Positions 18,732-28,020 of a DNA stretch of 49,204 nucleotides are shown here, piece after piece; the first letter of the stretch is position 1; each line of letters starts with the position of its first letter. Made by a program: the position numbers and the translations under genes. Under the pieces are notes generated by a model. The model was not told the DNA's origin. It did not search any database and saw only the letters and a list, made by a program, of their open reading frames with translations. Origin of the DNA: a virus (Duplodnaviria > Caudoviricetes); IMG/VR virus record IMGVR_UViG_3300037634_007276, positions 1 to 49,204 of that record, one strand, 5' to 3'.

Positions 18732-20900
18732 TTACCCCTTCTCCTCAAGCGCGGTTTGCCTACTTTTCTCAGCTTTAGCTTTGATAGCTTTGATAGCTTT
18801 ATCGGTGGCCGACCCCATTATTATTCTCATTTCTTCCCTGTACCTCTTGTCCATATTTAGCACCGAAAGGACACTAGAAAACCTTTCTAATTCTTTGCCA
18901 ACGTCTCTCAACGACAAGCCTTCCATTTTTTCGTTATATATTTCTTCAATGTTTTCTTTTGTATATCTCGTATAATCCGCGTCTTCAAGCTTAGTTAAGT
19001 CCACAGCAAGAGATATGTTTTGTAAATATTTATTATTTAGCTTTGGTGCTAGATTGTTCTTGGTCGCGGCGGCCGTGATCGCGTCTGCTATTTTAGATGT
19101 GATATCGGGTAATGGCTTCTTTTTGTCGTCAACCTTGGGCTCGACCTCCATAACGCCTGAAGATAATTGGAAAAGAGCGGCTGTTTGTTGTTTGATTGAG
19201 TCGATTAACGATTTGTCCACTCTGATCATTGAAAACAACGACGACAAATTAATATCCGGCATAAGCACTTCGGGGTTTAAAAGTTTACACAGATCCTTAT
19301 TAAACTCTATGAAATCTTCTACTGTTCTCCTGTCCTTCTCTAAACAAAAATCCGGAATACAAATGTCTTTTCTAGACTCCTCAATTACTTCAAAGATGTT
19401 TAAATTGTCGCCCAAATACTTCCAGAATTTTAATATTTTATCAGACTCTATTAAGCCTAACGTACTATGGCTGTCAAGCGCGATTAAAAGCATTTTATGC
19501 TGGTCTTCTTCTGATATCTTGTCTGTTTTTTGTACGGCACTTCTATATTTCATTACATATTTTTTACTAGTCTCAGAGTCCATACCAACTAAAATAAGAA
19601 GATTAAAGACTCTACAGTCGCCGCGCCCCATTAACAGATATACGACATTCCGCATCGTGACTGAAGGCATGCTGCTAAGAAACGGCTGACCGGGTTCTGT
19701 TTCCGCTCTTGTAACATAAGAAATATACTCACGAATCTCACTAATCGTAGCAGTTTTTAATACTAAACCGCGGTCTATGGCTGTGCTTAAAATCTCAGAC
19801 GAAAACGCAGTGCTTAAATCTACCTTGTTAAGCTCTGGCATTTTTGTCTCTTGTAGCTTGCCTAAAGAAAAGTCTTCGCTGCTTGGAGTTGTAAGCTGCA
19901 TTGCCTCTTGAAAAATCCCTTCCATCGTCGCTGCTAGCATTGCCATCATAGGCTCCATAAGGGCACAGATACTATAACACAACAAGTCAATAAGCAAATT
20001 CTTAAGAATTTCCATAAGGCTTGGTATTTTTATATAAGGAATTGGTGGAATGTGCGGAAAGTCTGGAATTTGTGGCAATCGATAGCCGTCGACCCCTTTT
20101 TGTAAAAGATTCTCAATTTGTTCCATACCACAAGGAGTTTCTACTTCTATTTGTTCTCTTTCGGCATCTGGTAAGCTGGCCAGCGCCAAAAGAGTATCCC
20201 CGGCTAATTTTGTCAACAGTTGAGAAATATAAAACGTAAAAGGAACAAAATTAAAAAATTTAGTAAAATACGGATTAACACAATCCATTATTCTTCTTGT
20301 CTTTGTTAGCTGCTCCCAAAGATCATATAGTGCGGCCGGCGATGGAACTGGGCCGGCGTCTTTGATCGCTTCAACAATTTCACTGGAGCATCTATCATAA
20401 ACAAGCGGATCAACCTTCTCGCCGTTACCAACAAGGCCGCCGCCCATAATGGTAGGAATCGGCAGCCACCAATCGTGAAGAACCCTTGTCCACCAATCGT
20501 CTTCTTCGTCTTCCAGCGCTGCCATTATCTGATCAGGCGTTAGCTGACGACACTGAAAACTTTTATTTGACGCAGCAACAAGAGAGTTCCACGTATCCAA
20601 CTTCTGATTCCAAAGCACTTGCGCACTGGAGTATGCTCCCATCGCACTTCTGGCAACGTCTAGATAGTTTTCCGTCTCTTTTATAAAGGCTGATATCTTC
20701 TGGTTATATTCTTGTTCTGTTATTGATCCCTCTTCAAACCTTTTGGTTATTACTCTCCGCTTTAACTCTCTACATTTCTGCTTTGAAGTTTCTTTAGAAT
20801 CGTCAGCGCAATAATATTCAGCCTGTTTCTCCAAACAAGGCAAATCATTGGCCGCCTTGCCCTTGCAAGCCTTATCCATTTCTTTTAATTGATTTGCCAT
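18732..20900 (-). CDS. Hypothetical alpha-helical protein with hydrophobic segments (722 aa)
   Basis: Long ORF in the baseplate operon. Pro-periodic tract LPQIPDFPHIPPIPYIKIP followed by hydrophobic helices. Confidence 0.7.
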   Translation of the reverse strand: MANQLKEMDKACKGKAANDLPCLEKQAEYYCADDSKETSKQKCRELKRRVITKRFEEGSITEQEYNQKISAFIKETENYLDVARSAMGAYSSAQVLWNQKLDTWNSLVAASNKSFQCRQLTPDQIMAALEDEEDDWWTRVLHDWWLPIPTIMGGGLVGNGEKVDPLVYDRCSSEIVEAIKDAGPVPSPAALYDLWEQLTKTRRIMDCVNPYFTKFFNFVPFTFYISQLLTKLAGDTLLALASLPDAEREQIEVETPCGMEQIENLLQKGVDGYRLPQIPDFPHIPPIPYIKIPSLMEILKNLLIDLLCYSICALMEPMMAMLAATMEGIFQEAMQLTTPSSEDFSLGKLQETKMPELNKVDLSTAFSSEILSTAIDRGLVLKTATISEIREYISYVTRAETEPGQPFLSSMPSVTMRNVVYLLMGRGDCRVFNLLILVGMDSETSKKYVMKYRSAVQKTDKISEEDQHKMLLIALDSHSTLGLIESDKILKFWKYLGDNLNIFEVIEESRKDICIPDFCLEKDRRTVEDFIEFNKDLCKLLNPEVLMPDINLSSLFSMIRVDKSLIDSIKQQTAALFQLSSGVMEVEPKVDDKKKPLPDITSKIADAITAAATKNNLAPKLNNKYLQNISLAVDLTKLEDADYTRYTKENIEEIYNEKMEGLSLRDVGKELERFSSVLSVLNMDKRYREEMRIIMGSATDKAIKAIKAKAEKSRQTALEEKG

Positions 20901-20909
20901 CTATTAAAC

Positions 20910-21929
20910 CTAATTTACCTTATTCCAGCGGCTTTTATAAGACCCTGTTGTTATTTCTGAACGGTTGAATTGACCAGATACATCATTAAGCTGAGTGGTG
21001 ATATTAGAGAGCAAATTTTTTATCGTCTTCGGGGCGTTAAACAGTATACTCAATGCCAAATCAATCGAGGGAAATGCATAGCCGGCGCCGAAAGCAACAA
21101 CTGGATGCATATGAATAGCAAGAGATAGCTGTAACGTCGCCAATTGCATATTAACGTCAAACAGCGCGCTGTTAACGTCTCTGGGTATTTTCGCGATGTC
21201 GTCTAAAACTTTGTCTAAAGAGTTTCCCTTGACCATCGGCTGCAAACTATGAGGATCGTCGCTATCCGCGCGTTCGACCTTGTTTCCATAGATCAAACTT
21301 ATACCCATTGCCTCTCTGTTCGCCACACCAACAGAAATTTCTGGGTCTATGCCGCCGGCATATAAATTTATGCCGCCATTTCTAGCAACTAGCTGTACAG
21401 TATCAGCATATGCAGTTACATGCGACTTAAGTTTGTCCCTAGGGGCCTCCAAATCATCAACGAATCCAATCGCCTCTGCCGGGTTGGCTAGCGTGCCCTG
21501 TACCTGACCTTTTTCGTCATAAGCTAAGAAGTTTTGTGGATCGTCTTTTTGTACAACATAAACGCCAGCCGCATCCCAATCTTTGCGACGTTTGCCCGGG
21601 CCAATTGGAGCATCGCTCCGAAGGTGGTGGCCGAGTACGCCGGCCACAATGGATACTCTACTAGCATCGCCGCCGTCAATACCATACAACGGATCGTCAT
21701 CTATAATAATAGCAGCAGAATTAATGACCTTCTCTGGTAGCACTGTTCTAGAAGCTGTGGCCTCCCACTTCGGGACAGTTCTATTTCCATCGGTTAATTC
21801 TCTTACTAACTGTAGTTTTTCAGGAATGCCCATTATTTCTGATAGGCCGAGGACAAGCTCCGCGTTCTTAGCACACTTAGAGCCGCCTTTTTTCTCGCAG
21901 GGACTTATTCTTTTTACTGTTCCACCCAT
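20910..21929 (-). CDS. Putative baseplate hub/spike-related protein (339 aa)
   Basis: Upstream of gp25. Beta-strand-like ADTVQLVARNGGINLYAG, QPMVKGNSL, and HxH (IHMHPV) near the C-terminus as in gpV/gp5-like spikes. Confidence 0.45.
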   Translation of the reverse strand: MGGTVKRISPCEKKGGSKCAKNAELVLGLSEIMGIPEKLQLVRELTDGNRTVPKWEATASRTVLPEKVINSAAIIIDDDPLYGIDGGDASRVSIVAGVLGHHLRSDAPIGPGKRRKDWDAAGVYVVQKDDPQNFLAYDEKGQVQGTLANPAEAIGFVDDLEAPRDKLKSHVTAYADTVQLVARNGGINLYAGGIDPEISVGVANREAMGISLIYGNKVERADSDDPHSLQPMVKGNSLDKVLDDIAKIPRDVNSALFDVNMQLATLQLSLAIHMHPVVAFGAGYAFPSIDLALSILFNAPKTIKNLLSNITTQLNDVSGQFNRSEITTGSYKSRWNKVN

Positions 21930-21932
21930 TAT

Positions 21933-22526
21933 TTATTTTCCAGACGGCCGGACAATCTTAAAATTGCCGGGAATTTGTATTTCTTTTTTCTTTACTTCTG
22001 TGTTTTTAGCAACCAAATCTTTTGTATTTGGGTTCTTCGGGTTACGATACCCAATGTTTATTTCTCGCCCTTCCACAACTTCTGTCGGCTTTTTTTTATG
22101 AAGCTCTGTCACGTCAACTCTCGGTAAAAACAGATATGAATACTTGTCATCAACATTGCCGGGTTCCCAAGAGCCTAGACGCGCTTCTTTGGTTGCGACG
22201 GGCGCTATAATAATATCTTTAATCTCTCGATTGGTGCCAAATTCAACAAAAGCAATTACCTTTTCTCGGTCTTCTTTGCTATAAGCTCCGTAATTTTCAA
22301 ACCTTTTTCTGTCAACATCTGTGTTATAAAACGGATCACAGTTGGTCGGAGCCTTGAGGCCCTTGCTATCTTCCTTTATAATCTTCTTTATAGTTGCCGG
22401 AAATTCAATAGGAATTTTATTTCCGCGATCTGTTAAATAATCACCCAACATATGATCAACAGCAGCCCACCAATTTATCTCATGAGGCTGTGAAGTTATT
22501 CGCGGTGTTGTTGAAGAAACAGTCAT
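21933..22526 (-). CDS. Hypothetical protein (197 aa)
   Basis: ORF with GGGAG upstream, in operon context. Confidence 0.65.
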   Translation of the reverse strand: MTVSSTTPRITSQPHEINWWAAVDHMLGDYLTDRGNKIPIEFPATIKKIIKEDSKGLKAPTNCDPFYNTDVDRKRFENYGAYSKEDREKVIAFVEFGTNREIKDIIIAPVATKEARLGSWEPGNVDDKYSYLFLPRVDVTELHKKKPTEVVEGREINIGYRNPKNPNTKDLVAKNTEVKKKEIQIPGNFKIVRPSGK

Positions 22527-22541
22527 AGTAAAAAAAACTCC

Positions 22542-22829
22542 CTAGTGAGACTCTTTTATGATATCGAAGATATTGTCCGTCTCGTCTTGTGAAAAAGACA
22601 CGTCTTCTTGGGCTTTTTGTACCTTGTCAATTTGAGCAATAATTTTCACTAGCTGTTCGTTTGAACGCTGCAGTGTTTCAACATATTTAGCCGCAACGAC
22701 ACCAGAGCGAGAGTGAGTGGTGTCGCCGCCCACAATCTCCTTTTCAAGTGCCTTGAGCAACTGTACAGTCTTTTTTCTATCTTCGCGAAGATTATCAACA
22801 GCCTCACTAAGTAGTTTGTCTCTTTCCAT
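22542..22829 (-). CDS. Hypothetical helical phage protein (95 aa)
   Basis: GGAGG upstream. KYVETLQRSNEQLVKI coiled-coil. First gene after the candidate late promoter. Confidence 0.7.
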   Translation of the reverse strand: MERDKLLSEAVDNLREDRKKTVQLLKALEKEIVGGDTTHSRSGVVAAKYVETLQRSNEQLVKIIAQIDKVQKAQEDVSFSQDETDNIFDIIKESH

Positions 22830-22844
22830 TCATAAAACCCTCCA

Positions 22845-22853
22845 TATAATTAG
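22845..22853 (-). promoter_or_regulatory. Candidate late promoter CTAATTATA, copy 1
   Basis: Intergenic, at the head of the structural operon. Identical 9-mer in front of the amidase gene. Confidence 0.45.
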
Positions 22854-22859
22854 ATGAAA

Positions 22860-23579
22860 TTATATTTTTCCTTCATTCCAATCATGTTTGAAGCTTTTAT
22901 ATCTGACTCTGAATTTTTTTAGACATACTGCAATTTGTTTTGTCTTGAGTCCCGTTAATTCTCTTAAATATAGATAAATTGCTTTTTTATTAAGAATTTC
23001 TATTTCTTTTGGGTCTCTGAACAACTCTTGAATTGCGCGCAGGACCAGCATTTCGTTTGATTTGTTGTTTAGTTCCTGCTCTGTTTTTATCCAAATGTCG
23101 ACCTGTTCTGACAAGAGTTGCCAAAATTCACGGTCGGCTCTTGTCTTCTCATAGTTGTTGACGGTGGACATATATGTTTGTTCTAGTTCATTAGATAAGT
23201 TCTCAAATAAAATCTCTTTTTTGCGCTGCTTGTTTACCTTTTTTACATTGTGTATGAACCAATTTTTAGTAATCACAGAAAAGTAAGAAAAAGCCTTTGA
23301 ACCTCGATTTGGATCATACTTGGATAAAATCGTTGTCAGCCATATCTTACAGTCGTCCCTTAGAATATCAATGTTGGGAAGTGTTGTAAATTTATATGTA
23401 TAAGTAATTTTGTCGACCAACTCGCTGAAAGCTGGCTGAATATACTCAACATATAACTTTGTTTTTTCCCGACTTGAATTTGACGCGGCATAAGTTATTA
23501 TTGCCTCTTCGTGAACTTTTGTAAAATAGTGATTTTTGTTTCTTCTTCGTCTCTTTTTCTTAGGCGGCCCGATTGTCAT
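22860..23579 (-). CDS. Phage sigma-like late transcription factor (gp55-like, 239 aa)
   Basis: HYFTKVHEEAI N-terminus and region-2-like KYDPNRGSKAFSYFSVITKNWFI, comparable to the F.YF..I motif of gp55-like sigmas. C-terminal HTH-like YLRELTGLKTKQI. Confidence 0.65.
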   Translation of the reverse strand: MTIGPPKKKRRRRNKNHYFTKVHEEAIITYAASNSSREKTKLYVEYIQPAFSELVDKITYTYKFTTLPNIDILRDDCKIWLTTILSKYDPNRGSKAFSYFSVITKNWFIHNVKKVNKQRKKEILFENLSNELEQTYMSTVNNYEKTRADREFWQLLSEQVDIWIKTEQELNNKSNEMLVLRAIQELFRDPKEIEILNKKAIYLYLRELTGLKTKQIAVCLKKFRVRYKSFKHDWNEGKI

Positions 23580-23838
23580 TTAGTCCACCCCCATAGTTAT
23601 TTTGAAAGTCTTTTACATCATCTACGGTTTCTTTAGAGTGTTCCAATAATTTGCCTAAGACCTCATCACCATAATATAGCTCGTAACTATTAACCTCTTC
23701 TAAGTGCTTGTTAAACTCAACAAGCGAAGACAGAACAGAGTCAACATTTTCAGAGAAATAAAGCATCCTCTTCAAAAGAAAAATGTTTACACCTACAGAT
23801 ATAGTAAAAAAAGATATCACTATAATTTCAAAAATCAT
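23560..23838 (-). CDS. Small protein with N-terminal transmembrane helix (92 aa)
   Basis: MIFEIIVISFFTISVGVNIFLL hydrophobic stretch. ATGA overlap with the upstream gene. Confidence 0.65.
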   Translation of the reverse strand: MIFEIIVISFFTISVGVNIFLLKRMLYFSENVDSVLSSLVEFNKHLEEVNSYELYYGDEVLGKLLEHSKETVDDVKDFQNNYGGGLNDNRAA

Positions 23839-24083
23839 ATATTTGCCTCCTGTTTTGCTTCTTTTCTTTGTTCTTTAACGTCCCTCTTGGCGTCCTCGAT
23901 AAACTTCTTTACCACGCTGCCCGGAGGAGGCGCTGTTCTATGTACTGGTTTTGATATCAGTTGCGGAATTCTTTCTATTTTTTCTGATTCACAATGCTGA
24001 CAACTCGATATTGTTTCGCTCATCAAGTGAAAAAGCTCAAATTCGCGCTTGCAGCTATCACAACGATAAACATACAAAGGCAT
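23835..24083 (-). CDS. FmdB-family zinc-ribbon protein (82 aa)
   Basis: MPLYVYRCDSC...FE...CQHCES..IERI signature. Confidence 0.85.
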   Translation of the reverse strand: MPLYVYRCDSCKREFELFHLMSETISSCQHCESEKIERIPQLISKPVHRTAPPPGSVVKKFIEDAKRDVKEQRKEAKQEANI

Positions 24084-24283
24084 TATTCGACTTCCTCTTC
24101 TGTGTCCGCATAGTTGAATTTAACGGTTGGTGGGTTTTTTATCCACAGGCCGTCTTCGGTATCAACAAACTCAAACTCCTTAAGCACATCTGTAATATCA
24201 CTCTGTTCAAGAAGTGATTTTTGTAGCGCCAGCATTAAAGAGCCTAGCGCCTGATTGCTTAATTTCATAGTATTATTTGCCAT
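24083..24283 (-). CDS. Hypothetical protein (66 aa, start moved to MANNTMKLS)
   Basis: GGAG upstream of the ATG at 24283. This start avoids a long overlap with gmd. Confidence 0.6.
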   Translation of the reverse strand: MANNTMKLSNQALGSLMLALQKSLLEQSDITDVLKEFEFVDTEDGLWIKNPPTVKFNYADTEEEVE

Positions 24284-25289
24284 TTTTTTTCTCCAATATT
24301 TTGTTATAATCGCTACTATACATGTCTTCCGCCAAGGTGTGAAAATCATGCCTCGGCTGCCAGCCAAGTATTTTTTTAGCCTTAGAGCTATCACCAAGTA
24401 AAAATGGGACTTCTTGCGGTCTAAAATATTTTTTATTTATTTTTATATGTTTTTCTGGGCTACCTAAATTAGCTATGTTCCAAACCTCATTTAAAAACTC
24501 TTTTACCGAGTACGTCTTGCCAGTAGATATAACATAATCATCCGGTATTTGTTGTTGTAGCATCAAATACATCGCTTGTACATAGTCTTGTGCGTGGCCC
24601 CAATCCCTTTTTGCTTCAAGATTGCCAAGTTGAATTTCTTTTTGATTTCCCACTTTGATGTTTGCTGCTGCCATAGTGATCTTTCTCGTCACAAATGTTT
24701 CGCCGCGGCGGGGAGATTCGTGATTAAAAAGAATGCCGCTGGATGCATGTAAACCATAAGAAATCCTATAATTTCTTACAAGATTGTGTGCACAAACCTT
24801 AGCGCACGCATAGGGAGATGCCGGCATAAGTCTAGATTTTTCGTTATATCCATCAGGCGGAATGTTGGGATTATCTCCAAACATCTCTGATGAGCTAGCT
24901 TGATAAAAGCGACATGTCGGTAAAACGTGGCGTATTGCCTCCAAAATTCTCGTTGTGCCAAGAACTATGCCGCTCATGGTGTCTTCCGGCACATCAAAAG
25001 ATACTCTAACATGTGATTGTGCTGCTAAATTATAAAATTCATCTGGTTTATATTTTAACAGAATGCGATAAGTTGAACCCGGATCATTCAAATCCCAATA
25101 TTCCATTTTAAATTTTTTATGTTCAAATATATGATCAATTCTTTCAGTGCAGATCAGAGAACTTCTTCTTTTTAACCCCACAACATAATAGCCCCTAGAT
25201 AGCAAATTTTCCGCCAAATAAGAGCCATCTTGACCAGTAATTCCAGTTACTAGCGCAACTTTATTTTTTATTGTTGGTGTACCAGTCAT
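24273..25289 (-). CDS. gmd: GDP-mannose 4,6-dehydratase
   Basis: ALVTGITGQDGSYLAE, YNLAAQSHVRVSF, FYQASSSEMFG, SPYACAK, GILFNHESPRRGETFVTRKI, RDWGHAQDYV. Confidence 0.95.
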   Translation of the reverse strand: MTGTPTIKNKVALVTGITGQDGSYLAENLLSRGYYVVGLKRRSSLICTERIDHIFEHKKFKMEYWDLNDPGSTYRILLKYKPDEFYNLAAQSHVRVSFDVPEDTMSGIVLGTTRILEAIRHVLPTCRFYQASSSEMFGDNPNIPPDGYNEKSRLMPASPYACAKVCAHNLVRNYRISYGLHASSGILFNHESPRRGETFVTRKITMAAANIKVGNQKEIQLGNLEAKRDWGHAQDYVQAMYLMLQQQIPDDYVISTGKTYSVKEFLNEVWNIANLGSPEKHIKINKKYFRPQEVPFLLGDSSKAKKILGWQPRHDFHTLAEDMYSSDYNKILEKKNGK

Positions 25290-26157
25290 ATGTATATCTC
25301 AACCCCTCATCAAACGTAGTGAATTTGAATTCACCAATAATTTCTAACAGCTTTTTGTTACTACCATCTTTTCTATATTGGCCGTCTAAATTTCCATCAA
25401 ACTCTAATTTAACATTTTTAGCAAACATTTTTAATGCTTTATTCGCCATCTCTTCTATACTTAAGTTTTCATTAGGCGCAACAATCAATGGAGCATCAGA
25501 ATTATGCTTTTCTAAAAGCAAAGGTATTATTTTACACAAATCATCAACATATAGTTGTTGGCGCAAAGGTTTGCCCGTGCCCCATAGTTTTAAGCTGTCT
25601 AAATTTTCTTTTGCGACTTTTGTAACCAGAGCGGCAACGAAATGAGATTTTTTACTATTAAAATAATCGTCTGGGCCGTAAAGATTTGAAGGACAAAATG
25701 TAGAATAGTTCACGCCATACTGCTTTCTATAAGAAATGCATTGTATGTGCAGCGCCCTCTTTGTAAAGCCGTAAGAAATATTTGTTGGTGCGGGCGGCCC
25801 AGACAGCAAATCATCCTCCACCAAAGGATATTCCTCTACCTCATTTGGAAAGGCGCATGTGCTTAAAGATGCCAGCAGCCGCTCAACGCCGCTCAAATAT
25901 GCCTGATGAATCACATTTGTATTAATAATCGTGTTCTGATAATAAAAAAGTGCTTGGTTTTCTGCGTTTTCTTTAATCCCGCCAACCTTAGCAGCTAGAT
26001 GTACCACAGCATCCGGGGCTATTTCTTTAAACATCATAGAACAGCTTTCCTTGTTGGTTAAATCATAATCCGAAGAAGAAATATATATCCAATTAGGCTT
26101 ATGCTTTTTAAGCCGCCTACCAACAAACCCAGTACCGCCAGTAACTAAAACTTTCAC
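25261..26157 (-). CDS. fcl: GDP-L-fucose synthase-like epimerase/reductase
   Basis: GGTGFVG, VVHLAAKVGGI, LSTCAFP, YGFTKR, PSNLYGP, WGTGKPLRQ. Adjacent to gmd. Confidence 0.85.
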   Translation of the reverse strand: MKVLVTGGTGFVGRRLKKHKPNWIYISSSDYDLTNKESCSMMFKEIAPDAVVHLAAKVGGIKENAENQALFYYQNTIINTNVIHQAYLSGVERLLASLSTCAFPNEVEEYPLVEDDLLSGPPAPTNISYGFTKRALHIQCISYRKQYGVNYSTFCPSNLYGPDDYFNSKKSHFVAALVTKVAKENLDSLKLWGTGKPLRQQLYVDDLCKIIPLLLEKHNSDAPLIVAPNENLSIEEMANKALKMFAKNVKLEFDGNLDGQYRKDGSNKKLLEIIGEFKFTTFDEGLRYTYDWYTNNKK

Positions 26158-26160
26158 TCT

Positions 26161-26463
26161 TTATTTTCCATCAAAAAACTTTTCTGAATTTATAGCTTTG
26201 TCACAAATAAATAAATCATACATCGGCTTTCCTACCTTGTAGTCATGGTATTTTGCGCCCCACTTTTTTAATTGTTTGCCAGTTAATTTATACCAGTCCA
26301 AGCCGCTGCCAGACCCCCTCGCGGTCCAATAAACGATCGTATTTCCCTCATCGTATAATTTATTAATCTTTTCAATATTTTCTGTTATTGGTTTAGATTT
26401 ACTATAATCTCTATTCTCTGGAGTTTCACAAATTGTCTCGTCAATATCTACATAAATAATCAT
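26161..26463 (-). CDS. Minimal HAD-superfamily phosphatase (100 aa)
   Basis: IYVDIDETIC (DxD), YWTARG, GKP.YDLFICDK motifs. Confidence 0.8.
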   Translation of the reverse strand: MIIYVDIDETICETPENRDYSKSKPITENIEKINKLYDEGNTIVYWTARGSGSGLDWYKLTGKQLKKWGAKYHDYKVGKPMYDLFICDKAINSEKFFDGK

Positions 26464-26816
26464 TAATCACCTTTTAAAATCCTGTGGCTGTCCTCATCAT
26501 AATGTTCGGTTGAGAATTCAAATAGTTCACTTTCTTCTAGTGCAATCATACGGTGTCGCAATCCCGGGTAAACATAAAAATTCTGGCCGGGCTCCAACAA
26601 CACTTGTTCTGCTTCTCGTATATCATCGCCCTCAGAAAACTTTACAATCATTTTTCCAGATTGTAAATAGAAAACCTCGTCTTTTATCTTATGATAATGC
26701 CAAGAACATCTCTTGCCTTTATTAAAAAATAAAAGTTTCCCACAGTATTCTTCTTTATTAACGATCCACTTTTCGTATCCCCAACCTTTTGGGACGTGTT
26801 TAACATCCATTTTCAT
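26463..26816 (-). CDS. Cupin-domain protein, sugar isomerase-like (117 aa, start moved to MKMDVK)
   Basis: KGWGYEKWI...SWHYHKIKDEVFY...PGLRHRM cupin metal ligands. Confidence 0.8.
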   Translation of the reverse strand: MKMDVKHVPKGWGYEKWIVNKEEYCGKLLFFNKGKRCSWHYHKIKDEVFYLQSGKMIVKFSEGDDIREAEQVLLEPGQNFYVYPGLRHRMIALEESELFEFSTEHYDEDSHRILKGD

Positions 26817-26817
26817 T

Positions 26818-27582
26818 CTAAAGTCCCTTTGTAAGCCAGCCACCATCAACATATATGTCTTGGCCTGTTATATAAGACGAACAATCTGAGCACAAGAAAA
26901 CAGCCAACCCTGAAATGTCGTCTGACTCGCCCCAGCGGCCCAACAACGTTTTTGCTGATCGCTCTTTTAATATGGCTTGATCTTCCCAATTTAATTTCTG
27001 TAAGCGGTCGTCCTGTTTGTGAAAGTCTGTTTTAAAGTAACCCGGACCAATATTGTTAACCCTAATGCTATGCCTTCCTAGCTCATATGCAAAAGATTTT
27101 GACAGCATCTTCAAACCACCCTTGGTGGCTGGATACGCAGGGTTATTTGGGAATGCCATTTCTGAATTTAAGCTTGTTATGTTTATGATGGACCCTCCAT
27201 TATTCTTTATCATAAGTGGAGCGAGACCCTGTGTTATAAGAAATGGAGCCAATAAATTAACCCTATAAGTTTTTTCCCAATCCTCTATCGGATATTCTAG
27301 AAAATCATGACCGAATCCGACGCCGGCGTTATTAACCAAAATGTCCACAACGTCATATTTGTCTTTACAATATTGTACCAACTCTTGTATATCTTTTTGA
27401 TTTTCAATATTACAGTTATAGCTGTCATATGGCTGTTGTACAATATCCAACTTGTCTACTGCTAGAACCTGCGCTCCTGCATTATGAAAAGCGTCTGCAA
27501 TTGCTTTTCCAATACCCCTCTTTGCACCGGTGACGATCGCTGTTTTGCCGCTCAGAGAAAACATTTTTTCAAGATATGTCAT
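26818..27582 (-). CDS. Short-chain dehydrogenase/reductase (KduD/gluconate 5-dehydrogenase-like)
   Basis: TGAKRGIG, LVNNAG, YPATK (YxxxK), VNNIGPGYF, ITGQDIYVDGG. Confidence 0.9.
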   Translation of the reverse strand: MTYLEKMFSLSGKTAIVTGAKRGIGKAIADAFHNAGAQVLAVDKLDIVQQPYDSYNCNIENQKDIQELVQYCKDKYDVVDILVNNAGVGFGHDFLEYPIEDWEKTYRVNLLAPFLITQGLAPLMIKNNGGSIINITSLNSEMAFPNNPAYPATKGGLKMLSKSFAYELGRHSIRVNNIGPGYFKTDFHKQDDRLQKLNWEDQAILKERSAKTLLGRWGESDDISGLAVFLCSDCSSYITGQDIYVDGGWLTKGL

Positions 27583-28011
27583 TTATAGCTCCTCAACTAA
27601 CTCAATAAGAGTTCCATCCGGGTCGCGGCAAAAGGCAATCTTAACTTTACTATCTGGTGAGATTTGAACTGGATAATTAAACTCAATCCCTTCTCCTAAA
27701 AGCTGTCTATACAAGCTGTCTAGATCATCAACCGTTATAGCAAAATGAGAACAGCCAATCTCTGTTATTCTTCGTACCTTGTTGTTGTGCGGCTTTTCTG
27801 GGTGTGACCTGTACCTTAAAAGCTCTAACATGTTTTTATTCTTATCGACCATTTTTACTGTTGTAACATCAATATTTTTTATTCCCGAAAAATTGTCTAT
27901 ACAGTCACCAGACTCTTCCGCCTGTTTTAGAACCTTGAATCCCAAAATTTCCGTATAAAATCTTAAAGATATATCTAAATTACTAACTGTTATACCCACA
28001 TGCCTAATCAT
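27583..28011 (-). CDS. VOC (glyoxalase-like) metalloprotein
   Basis: IRHVGITVSNL...FY..ILG, LELL, SHFAITVDDL, DPDGTLIELVE. Confidence 0.9.
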   Translation of the reverse strand: MIRHVGITVSNLDISLRFYTEILGFKVLKQAEESGDCIDNFSGIKNIDVTTVKMVDKNKNMLELLRYRSHPEKPHNNKVRRITEIGCSHFAITVDDLDSLYRQLLGEGIEFNYPVQISPDSKVKIAFCRDPDGTLIELVEEL

Positions 28012-28020
28012 TTTATCCTC

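Noticed and set aside
14810-22829. Extracellular contractile injection system or T6SS instead of a phage
   Set aside because: A T4-gp6-sized wedge, gp55-like sigma, PhoH and Cas4-like nuclease fit a lytic phage better. Capsid and terminase genes are outside the window, so this is not proven.
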